From Eledone cirrhosa (lineage: Eukaryota), in the NCBI GenBank assembly GCA_964016885.1, contig OZ024741.1, forward strand, positions 246,202,001-246,266,000: DNA of 64,000 bases. The letters are read 5' to 3'. Below, in pieces: positions 1-12,000 of the stretch. Made by a program: the position numbers and the translations under genes. The notes beneath the pieces are model-generated. The model saw nothing but the letters and a program-made list of their open reading frames with translations, did not search any database and was not told the origin of the DNA. The number at the start of each line of letters is the position of its first letter. Position 1 is the stretch's first letter.

Positions 1-3000
1 TTTTACAAATCTCCCCCTGATTTTTTAAAAAAAATTATCTCCCCTTCGCTGGCTGGAAATTATCTTCCCTTGGACGGCTGGAAATTATCTCCCCTAGATT
101 TTTTTTACAAATTATCTCCGCCTGATTTTTTTTAAAAATTATCTCCCCCTGATTTTTTTTTACAAATTATCTACCCCTGATTTTTTTTTACAAATTATCT
201 CCCCCTGATTTTTTTTACAAATTATCTCCCCCTGATTTTTCTTTTACAAATTATCTCCCCCTGATTTTTTTACAAATTGTCTCTGCCTGATTTTTTTAAA
301 TATTATCTTCCCGTGGCTGGCGGGAAATTACCTCCCCTTGGACGGCTGGAAATTATCTGTCCTTGATTTTCTTTTTACAAATTATCTTCCACTGATTTTT
401 TTTACAAATTATCTCCACCTGATTTTTAAAAAAATTATCTCCCCTTGGAAGGCTGGAAATTATCTCCCCTTGGCTGGAAATTATCTCCCCTTGGACGGCT
501 AGAAATTATCTCTCTTTGGACGGCTGGAAATTATCACCCCTTGAGTTTTTTACAAATTATCTCCCCCTGATTTTTTTTACAAATCTCCCAGTGATTTTTA
601 AAAGAAAATTATCTCCCCTTCGCTGGCTGGAAATTATCTCCCCTTGGACGCTGGAAATTATAGCCCCTTGGAGGGCTGGAAATTATCTTCCCTTGGACGG
701 CTGGAAATTATCTCCCCTTGATTTTTTTTACAAATTATCTCCCCCTGATTTTTTTTTACAAATTATCTCCCCCTGATTTTTTTTACAACTTATCTGCGCC
801 TGATTTTTTTAAAAAAATTATCTCCCCTCGGACGGCTGGAAATTATCTCTCCTTGGACGGCTAGAATTTACCTCTCCTTGGACGGCTGAAAATTATCTCC
901 CCTTGGACGGCTGGAAATTATCTCCCCTTGATTTTTTTTACAAATTATCTCCCCCTGATTTTTTTTTACAAATTATCTCCCCCTGATTTTTTTTTACAAA
1001 TTATCTCCCCCCTGAATTTTTTACAAATTATCTCCCCTTGGCTGGCTGGAAATTATCTCCCCTTGGAGGCTGGAACTTATCTCCCCTTGGACGGCTAGAA
1101 ATTACCTCTCCTTGGACGGCTGGAAAATATGTCTCCTTGGACGGCTGGATATTATCTCCCCTTGGACGGCTGGAAATTATCTCCCCTTGGACGGCTGGAA
1201 ATTATCTCCCCTTGGATGGCTAGATATTACCTCCCCTTGGACGGCTGGAAATTATCTCCCCTTGATTTTTTTTACAAATTATCTCCCCCTGATTTTTTTT
1301 TACAAATTATCTCCCCCTGATTTTTTTTTAAAAATTATCTCCCCCTGATTTTTGTTTACAAATTATCTCCGCCTGATTTTTTTAAAAAAATTATCTCCCC
1401 TTGGACGGCTGGAAATTATCTCCCCTTGGACGGCTGGAAATTATATCTCCTTGGACGGCTAGAATTTACCTCTCCTTGGACGGCTGAAAATTATCTCCCC
1501 TTGGACGGCTGGAAATTATCTCCCCTTGATTTTTTTTACAAATTATCTCCCCCTGATTTTTTTTTACAAATTATCTCCCCCTGATTTTTTTTTACAAATT
1601 ATCTCCCCCTGATTTTTTTTTACAAATTATCTCCCCCTGATTTTTTTACAAATTATCTCCCCTTGGCTGGCTGGAAATTATCTCCCCTTGGAGGCTGGAA
1701 CTTATCTCCCCTTGGACGGCTAGAAATTACCTCTCCTTGGACGGCTGGAAAATATGTCTCCTTGGACGGCTGGATATTATCTCCCCTTGGACGGCTGGAA
1801 ATTATCTCCCCTTGGACGGCTGGAAATTATCTCCCCTTGGATGGCTAGATATTACCTCCCCTTGGACGGCTGGAAATTATCTCCCCTTGATTTTTTTTAC
1901 AAATTATCTCCCCCTGATTTTTTTTTACAAATTATCTCCCCCTGATTTTTTTTTACAAATTATCTCCCCCTGATTTTTGTTTACAAATTATCTCCGCCTG
2001 ATTTTTTTTTTAAAATTATCTCCCCTTGGACGGCTGGAAATTATCTCCCCTTGGACGGCTAGAAATTACCTCTCCTTGGACGGCTGAAAATTATCTCCCC
2101 TTGGACGGCTGGAAATTATCTCCCCTTGATTTTTTTACAAATTATCTCCCCCTGATTTTTTTTTTACAAATTATCTCCCCCTGATTTTTTTTTTACAAAT
2201 TATCTCCCCCTAATTTTTTTTTACAAATTATCTCCCCCTGATTTTTTTTACAAATTATCTCCCCCCTGATTTTTTTACAAATTATCTCCCCTTGGCTGGC
2301 TGGAAATTATCTCCCCTTGGAGGCTGGAACTTATCTCCCCTTGGACGGCTAGAAATTACCTCTCCTTGGACGGCTGGAAAATATGTCTCCTTGGACGGCT
2401 GGATATTATCTCCCCTTGGACGGCTGGAAATTATCTCCCCTTGGACGGCTGGAAATTATCTCCCCTTGGATGGCTAGATATTACCTCCCCTTGGACGGCT
2501 GGAAATTATCTCCCCTTGATTTTTTTTACAAATTATCTCCCCCTAATTTTTTTTTACAAATTATCTCCCCCTGATATTTTAAAAAAAATTATCTCCCCCT
2601 GATTTTTGTTTACAAATTATCTCCGCCTGATTTTTTTTAAAAAATTATCTCCCCTTGGACGGCTGGAAATTATCTCCCCTTGGACGGCTGGAAATTATAT
2701 CTCCTTGGACGGCTAGAATTTACCTCTCCTTGGACGGCTGAAAATTATCTCCCCTTGATTTTTTTACAAATTATCTCCCCCTGATTTTTTTTTACAAATT
2801 ATCTCCCTCTGATTTTTTTTTACAAATTATCTCCCCCTGATTTTTTTTTACAAATTATCTCCCCCTGATTTTTGTTTACAAATTATCTCCGCCTGATTTT
2901 TTTTTTAAAATTATCTCCCCTTGGACGGCTGGAAATTATCTCCCCTCGGACGGCTAGAAATTACCTCTCCTTGGACGGCTGAAAATTATCTCCCCTTGGA

Positions 3001-6000
3001 CGGCTGGAAATTATCTCCCCTTGATTTTTTTACAAATTATCTCCCCCTGATTTTTTTTTACAAATTATCTCCCCCTGATTTTTTTTTAGAAATTATCTAC
3101 CCCTGATTTTTTTTACAAATTATCTCCCCCTGATTTTTTTTTACAAATTATCTACCCCTGATTTTTTTTACAAATTATCTCCCCCTGATTTTTTTTACAA
3201 ATTATCTCCCCCTGATTTTTTTTTTACAAATTATCTCCCCCTGATTTTTTTACAAATTATCTCCCCCTGATTTTTTTTACAAATTATCTCCGCCGGATTT
3301 TTTTAAATATTATCTTCCCTTGGCTTGCGGGAAATTATCTCCCCTTGGACGGCTGAAAATTATCTCCCCTTGGACGGCTGGAAATTATCTCCCCTTGATT
3401 TTTTTTACAAATTATCTCCCCCTGATTTTTTTTTACAAATTATCTCCCCCTGATTTTTTTTACAAATTATCTCCCCCTGATTTTTTTTTACAAATTATCT
3501 CCCCCTGATTTTTTTTACAAATTATCTCCCCCTGATTTTTTTTACAAATTATCTCCCCCTGATTTTTTTTTACAAATTATCTCCCCCTGATTTTTTTACA
3601 AATTATCTCCCCCTGATTTTTTTTACAAATTATCTCCGCCTGATTTTTTAAAATATTATCTCCCCTTGGACGGCTGGAAATTATCTGCCCTTGATTTTCT
3701 TTTTACAAATTAACTTCCACTGATTTTTTTTACAAATTATCTCCACCTGATTTTTTTAAAAATTATCTCCCCTTGGAAGGCTGGAAATTATCTCCCCTTG
3801 GCTGGAAATTATCTCCCCTTGGACGGCTAGAAATTATCTCTCTTTGGACGGCTGGAAATTATCACCCCTTGAGTTTTTTACAAATTATCTCCCCCTGATT
3901 TTTTTTACAAATCTCCCAGTGATTTTTAAAAAAAAATTATCTTCCCTTCGCTGGCTGGAAATTATCTCCCCTTGGACGCTGGAAATTATAGCCCCTTGGA
4001 GGGCTGGAAATTATCTTCCCTTGGACGGCTGGAAATTATCTCCCCTTGATTTTTTTTACAAATTATCTCCCCCTGATTTTTTTTTACAAATTATCTCCCC
4101 CTGATTTTTTTTACAACTTATCTGCGCCTGATTTTTTTAAAAAAATTATCTCCCCTTGGACGGCTGGAAATTATCTCCCCTTGGACGGCTGGAAATTATC
4201 TCTCCTTGGACGGCTGAAAATTATCTCCCCTTGGACGGCTGGAAATTATCTCCCCTTGATTTTTTTTACAAATTATCTCCCCCTGATTTTTTTTACAAAT
4301 TATCTCCCCCTGATTTTTTTTTACAAATTATCTCCCCCTGATTTTTTTTACAAATTATCTCCCCCTGATTTTTTTACAAATTATCTCCCCTTGGCTGGCT
4401 GGAAATTATCTCCCCTTGGAGGCTGGAACTTATCTCCCCTTGGACGGCTAGAAATTACCTCTCCTTGGACGGCTGGAAAATATGTCTCCTTGGACGGCTG
4501 GATATTATCTCACCTTGGACGGCTAGAAATTATCTCCCCTTGGACGGCAGGAAATTATCTCCCCTTGGATGGCTAGATATTACCTCCCCTTGGACGGCTG
4601 GAAATTATCTCCCCTTGATTTTTTTTACAAATTATCTGCCCCTGATTTTTTTTTACAAATTATCTCCCCCTGATTTTTTTTTACAAATTATCTCCCCCTG
4701 ATTTTTTTTTTAAAATTATCTCCCCTTGGACGGCTGGAAATTATCTCCCCTTGGACGGCTAGAAATTACCTCTCCTTGGACGGCTGAAAATTATCTCCCC
4801 TTGGACGGCTGGAAATTATCTCCCCTTGATTTTTTTACAAATTATTTCCGCCTGATTTTTTTTTACAAATTATCTCCCCCTGATTTTTTTTTACAAATTA
4901 TCTACCCCTGATTTTTTTTTACAAATTATCTCCCCCTGATTTTTTTTTACAAATTATCTACCCCTGATTTTTTTTACAAATTATCTCCCCCTGATTTTTT
5001 TTACAAATTATCTCCCCCTGATTTTTTTTTTTACAAATTATCTCCCCCTGATTTTTTTACAAATTATCTCCCCCTGATTTTTTTTACAAATTATCTCCGC
5101 CGGATTTTTTTAAATATTATCTTCCCTTGGCTGGCGGGAAATTATCTCCCCTTGGACGGCTGAAAATTATCTCCCCTTGGACGGCTGGAAATTATCTCCC
5201 CTTGATTTTTTTTACAAATTATCTCCCCCTGACTTTTTTTTACAAATTATCTCCCCCTGATTTTTTTTACAAATTATCTCCCCCTGATTTTTTTACAAAT
5301 TATCTCCCCTTGGCTGGCTGGAAATTACCTCCCCTTGTAGGCTGGAATTTATCTCCCCTTGGACGGCTAGAAATTACCTCTACTTGGACGGCTGGAAAAT
5401 ATGTCTCCTTGGACGGCTGGATATTATCTCCCCTTGGACGGCTGGAAATTATCTCCCCTTGGACGGCTGGAAATTATCTCCCCTTGATTTTTTTTACAAA
5501 TTATCTCCCCCTGATTTTTTTACAAATCTCCCAGTGATTTTTAAAAAAAAATTATCTTCCCTTCGCTGGCTGGAAATTATCTCCCCTTGGACGCTGGAAA
5601 TTATAGCCCCTTGGAGGGCTGGAAATTATCTTCCCTTGGACGGCTGGAAATTATCTCCCCTTGATTTTTTTTACAAATTATCTCCCCCTGATTTTTTTTT
5701 ACAAATTATCTCCCCCTGATTTTTTTTTACAACTTATCTGCGCCTGATTTTTTTAAAAAAATTATCTCCCCTTGGACGGCTGGAAATTATCTCCCCTTGG
5801 ACGGCTGGAAATTATCTCTCCTTGGACGGCTAGAATTTACCTCTCCTTGGACGGCTGAAAATTATCTCCCCTTGGACGGCTGGAAATTATCTCCCCTTGA
5901 TTTTTTTTACAAATTATCTCCCCCTGATTTTTTTTTACAAATTATCTCCCCCTGATTTTTTTTTACAAATTATCTCCCCCTGATTTTTTTTTACAAATTA

Positions 6001-9000
6001 TCTCCCCCTGATTTTTTTTACAAATTATCTCCCCCTGATTTTTTTACAAATTATCTCCCCTTGGCTGGCTGGAAATTATCTCCCCTTGGAGGCTGGAACT
6101 TATCTCCCCTTGGACGGCTAGAAATTACCTCTCCTTGGACGGCTGAAAATTATCTCCCCTTGGACGGCTGGAAATTATCTCCCCTTGATTTTTTTACAAA
6201 TTATCTCCCCCTGATTTTTTTTTACAAATTATCTCCCCCTGATTTTTTTTTACAAATTATCTACCCCTGATTTTTTTTTACAAATTATCTCCCCCTGATT
6301 TTTTTTTACAAATTATCTACCCCTGATTTTTTTTACAAATTATCTCCCCCCGATTTTTTTTACAAATTATCTCCCCTTGATTTTTTTTTTTACAAATTAT
6401 CTCCCCCTGATTTTTTTACAAATTATCTCCCCCTGATTTTTTTTACAAATTATCTCCGCCGGATTTTTTTAAATATTATCTTCCCTTGGCTGGCGGGAAA
6501 TTATCTCCCCTTGGACGGCTGAAAATTATCTCCCCTTGGACGGCTGGAAATTATCTCCCCTTGATTTTTTTTACAAATTATCTCCCCCTGATTTTTTTTT
6601 ACAAATTATCTCCCCCTGATTTTTTTACAAATTATCTCCCCTTGGCTGGCTGGAAATTACCTCCCCTTGTAGGCTGGAATTTATCTCCCCTTGGACGGCT
6701 AGAAATTACCTCTCCTTGGACGGCTGGAAAATATGTCTCCTTGGACGGCTGGATATTATCTCCCCTTGGATGGCTGGAAATTATCTCCCCTTGGACGGCT
6801 GGAAATTATCTCCCCTTGATTTTTTTTACAAATTATCTCCTCCTGATTTTTTTTACAAATCTCCCAATGATTTTTTAAAAAAAATTATCTCCCCTTCGCT
6901 GGCTGGAAATTATCTCCCCTTGGACGCTGGAAATTATAGCCCCTTGGAGGGCTGGAAATTATCTTCCCTTGGACGGCTGGAAATTATCTCCCCTTGATTT
7001 TTTTTACAAATTATCTCCCCCTGATTTTTTTTTACAAATTATCTCCCCCTGATTTTTTTTTACAAATTATCTCCCCCTGATTTTTTATTTACAAATTATC
7101 TCCGCCTGATTTTTTTTTAAAAATTACCTCCCCTTGGACGGCTGGAAATTATCTCCCCTTGGACGGCTGGAAATTATCTCCCCTTGGACGGCTAGAAATT
7201 ATCTCTCCTTGGACGGCTGAAAATTATCTCCCCTTGGACGGCTGCAAATTATCTCCCCTTGATTTTTTTTACAAATTATCTCCCCCTGATTTTTTTTACA
7301 AATTATCTCCCCCTGATTTTTTTTACAAATTATCTACCCCTGATTTTTTTTACAAATTATCTCCCCCTGATTTTTTTTTACAAATTATCTCCCCCTGATT
7401 TTTTTTACAAATTATCTCCGCCTGATTTTTTTAAATATTATCTTCCCTTGGCTGGCGGGAAATTATCTCCCCTTGGACGGCTGGAAATTATCTGCCCTTG
7501 ATTTTTTTTACAAATTATCTCCCCCTGATTTTTTTTTTACAAATTATCTCCCCCTAATTTTTTTTTACAAATTATCTCCCCCTGATTTTTTTTACAAATT
7601 ATCTCCCCCCTGATTTTTTTACAAATTATCTCCCCTTGGCTGGCTGGAAATTATCTCCCCTTGGAGGCTGGAACTTATCTCCCCTTGGACGGCTAGATAT
7701 TACCTCCCCTTGGACGGCTGGAAATTATCTCCCCTTGGACGGCTGGAAATTATCTCCCCTTGGATGGCTAGATATTACCTCCCCTTGGACGGCTGGAAAT
7801 TATCTCCCCTTGATTTTGTTTACAAATTATCTCCCCCTGATTTTTTTTTACAAATTATCTCCCCCTGATTTTTTTTTACAAATTATCTCCCCCTGATTTT
7901 TGTTTACAAATTATCTCCGCCTGATTTTTTTTTTAAAATTATCTCCCCTTGGACGGCTGGAAATTATCTCCCCTCGGACGGCTAGAAATTACCTCTCCTT
8001 GGACGGCTGAAAATTATCTCCCCTTGGACGGCTGGAAATTATCTCCCCTTGATTTTTTTACAAATTATCTCCCCCTGATTTTTTTTTTACAAATTATCTC
8101 CCCCTGATTTTTTTTTAGAAATTATCTACCCCTGATTTGTTTTTACAAATTATCTCCCCCTGATTTTTTTTTACAAATTATCTACCCCTGATTTTTTTTA
8201 CAAATTATCTCCCCCTGATTTTTTTTACAAATTATCTCCCCCTGATTTTTTTTTTACAAATTATCTCCCCCTGATTTTTTTACAAATTATCTCCCCCTGA
8301 TCTTTTTTACAAATTATCTCCGCCGGATTTTTTTAAATATTATCTTCCCTTGGCTTGCGGGAAATTATCTCCCCTTGGACGGCTGAAAATTATCTCCCCT
8401 TGGACGGCTGGAAATTATCTCCCCTTGATTTGTTTTACAAATTATCTCCCCCTGATTTTTTTTTACAAATTATCTCCCCCTGATTTTTTTTACAAATTAT
8501 CTCCCCCTAATTTTTTTTACAAATTATCTACCCCTGATTTTTTTTACAAATTATCTCCCCCTGATTTTTTTTTACAAATTATCTCCCCCTGATTTTTTTT
8601 TACAAATTATCTCCCCCTGATTTTTTTTTTACAAATTATCTCCCCCTGATTTTTTTACAAATTATCTCCCCCTGATTTTTTTTACAATCTCCGCCTGATT
8701 TTTTTAAAAATTATCTTCCCTTGGCTGGCGGGAAATTATCTCCCCTTGGACGGCTGGAAATTATCTCCCCTTGGAAGGATGGAAATTATCTCCCCTTGGA
8801 CGGCTGGAAATTATCTCCCCTTGCACGGCTGGAAATTATCTCCCCTTGGCTGGAAATTATCTCCCCTTGGACGGCTAGAAATTATCTCTCTTTGGACGGC
8901 TGGAAATTATCTCCCTTTGATTTTTTTTACAAATTATCTCCCTCTGATTTTTTTTACAAATCTCCCCCTGATTTTTTAAAAAAAATTATCTCCCCTTCGC

Positions 9001-12000
9001 TGGCTGGAAATTATCTTCCCTTGGACGGCTGGAAATTATCTCCCCTTGATTTTTTTTACAAATTATCTCCGCCTGATTTTTTTTAAAAATTATCTCCCCC
9101 TGATTTTTTTTTACAAATTATCTACCCCTGATTTTTTTTTACAAATTATCTCCCCCTGATTTTTTTTACAAATTATCTCCCCCTGATTTTTCTTTTACAA
9201 ATTATCTCCCCCTGATTTTTTTACAAATTGTCTCTGCCTGATTTTTTTAAATATTATCTTCCCGTGGCTGGCGGGAAATTACCTCCCCTTGGACGGCTGG
9301 AAATTATCTGTCCTTGATTTTCTTTTTACAAATTATCTTCCACTGATTTTTTTTACAAATTATCTCCACCTGATTTTTAAAAAAATTATCTCCCCTTGGA
9401 AGGCTGGAAATTATCTCCCCTTGGCTGGAAATTATCTCCCCTTGGACGGCTAGAAATTATCTCTCTTTGGACGGCTGGAAATTATCACCCCTTGAGTTTT
9501 TTACAAATTATCTCCCCCTGATTTTTTTTACAAATCTCCCAGTGATTTTTAAAAAAAAATTATCTCCCCTTCGCTGGCTGGAAATTATCTCCCCTTGGAC
9601 GCTGGAAATTATAGCCCCTTGGAGGGCTGGAAATTATCTTCCCTTGGACGGCTGGAAATTATCTCCCCTTGATTTTTTTTACAAATTATCTCCCCCTGAT
9701 TTTTTTTTACAAATTATCTCCCCCTGATTTTTTTTACAACTTATCTGCGCCTGATTTTTTTAAAAAAATTATCTCCCCTCGGACGGCTGGAAATTATCTC
9801 TCCTTGGACGGCTAGAATTTACCTCTCCTTGGACGGCTGAAAATTATCTCCCCTTGGACGGCTGGAAATTATCTCCCCTTGATTTTTTTTACAAATTATC
9901 TCCCCCTGATTTTTTTTTACAAATTATCTCCCCCTGATTTTTTTTTACAAATTATCTCCCCCCTGAATTTTTTACAAATTATCTCCCCTTGGCTGGCTGG
10001 AAATTATCTCCCCTTGGAGGCTGGAACTTATCTCCCCTTGGACGGCTAGAAATTACCTCTCCTTGGACGGCTGGAAAATATGTCTCCTTGGACGGCTGGA
10101 TATTATCTCCCCTTGGACGGCTGGAAATTATCTCCCCTTGGACGGCTGGAAATTATCTCCCCTTGGATGGCTAGATATTACCTCCCCTTGGACGGCTGGA
10201 AATTATCTCCCCTTGATTTTTTTTACAAATTATCTCCCCCTGATTTTTTTTTACAAATTATCTCCCCCTGATTTTTTTTTAAAAATTATCTCCCCCTGAT
10301 TTTTGTTTACAAATTATCTCCGCCTGATTTTTTTTAAAAAATTATCTCCCCTTGGACGGCTGGAAATTATCTCCCCTTGGACGGCTGGAAATTATATCTC
10401 CTTGGACGGCTAGAATTTACCTCTCCTTGGACGGCTGAAAATTATCTCCCCTTGGACGGCTGGAAATTATCTCCCCTTGATTTTTTTTACAAATTATCTC
10501 CCCCTGATTTTTTTTTACAAATTATCTCCCCCTGATTTTTTTTTACAAATTATCTCCCCCTGATTTTTTTTTACAAATTATCTCCCCCTGATTTTTTTAC
10601 AAATTATCTCCCCTTGGCTGGCTGGAAATTATCTCCCCTTGGAGGCTGGAACTTATCTCCCCTTGGACGGCTAGAAATTACCTCTCCTTGGACGGCTGGA
10701 AAATATGTCTCCTTGGACGGCTGGATATTATCTCCCCTTGGACGGCTGGAAATTATCTCCCCTTGGACGGCTGGAAATTATCTCCCCTTGGATGGCTAGA
10801 TATTACCTCCCCTTGGACGGCTGGAAATTATCTCCCCTTGATTTTTTTTACAAATTATCTCCCCCTGATTTTTTTTTACAAATTATCTCCCCCTGATTTT
10901 TTTTTACAAATTATCTCCCCCTGATTTTTGTTTACAAATTATCTCCGCCTGATTTTTTTTTTAAAATTATCTCCCCTTGGACGGCTGGAAATTATCTCCC
11001 CTTGGACGGCTAGAAATTACCTCTCCTTGGACGGCTGAAAATTATCTCCCCTTGGACGGCTGGAAATTATCTCCCCTTGATTTTTTTACAAATTATCTCC
11101 CCCTGATTTTTTTTTTACAAATTATCTCCCCCTGATTTTTTTTTTACAAATTATCTCCCCCTAATTTTTTTTTACAAATTATCTCCCCCTGATTTTTTTT
11201 ACAAATTATCTCCCCCCTGATTTTTTTACAAATTATCTCCCCTTGGCTGGCTGGAAATTATCTCCCCTTGGAGGCTGGAACTTATCTCCCCTTGGACGGC
11301 TAGAAATTACCTCTCCTTGGACGGCTGGAAAATATGTCTCCTTGGACGGCTGGATATTATCTCCCCTTGGACGGCTGGAAATTATCTCCCCTTGGACGGC
11401 TGGAAATTATCTCCCCTTGGATGGCTAGATATTACCTCCCCTTGGACGGCTGGAAATTATCTCCCCTTGATTTTTTTTACAAATTATCTCCCCCTAATTT
11501 TTTTTTACAAATTATCTCCCCCTGATATTTTAAAAAAAATTATCTCCCCCTGATTTTTGTTTACAAATTATCTCCGCCTGATTTTTTTTAAAAAATTATC
11601 TCCCCTTGGACGGCTGGAAATTATCTCCCCTTGGACGGCTGGAAATTATATCTCCTTGGACGGCTAGAATTTACCTCTCCTTGGACGGCTGAAAATTATC
11701 TCCCCTTGATTTTTTTACAAATTATCTCCCCCTGATTTTTTTTTACAAATTATCTCCCTCTGATTTTTTTTTACAAATTATCTCCCCCTGATTTTTTTTT
11801 ACAAATTATCTCCCCCTGATTTTTGTTTACAAATTATCTCCGCCTGATTTTTTTTTTAAAATTATCTCCCCTTGGACGGCTGGAAATTATCTCCCCTCGG
11901 ACGGCTAGAAATTACCTCTCCTTGGACGGCTGAAAATTATCTCCCCTTGGACGGCTGGAAATTATCTCCCCTTGATTTTTTTACAAATTATCTCCCCCTG

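Noticed and set aside
920-1030. T-tracts as intrinsic or Pol III terminators, or as phase-variation tracts
   Set aside because: There is no GC hairpin before the tracts, no identifiable promoter and no gene. They are simply part of monomer B.
5136-5150. NF-kB/Rel binding site
   Set aside because: GGGAAATTATCTCCC has similar half-sites, but the spacing exceeds the 10-11 bp GGGRNWYYCC consensus. It is retained only as a generic dyad.
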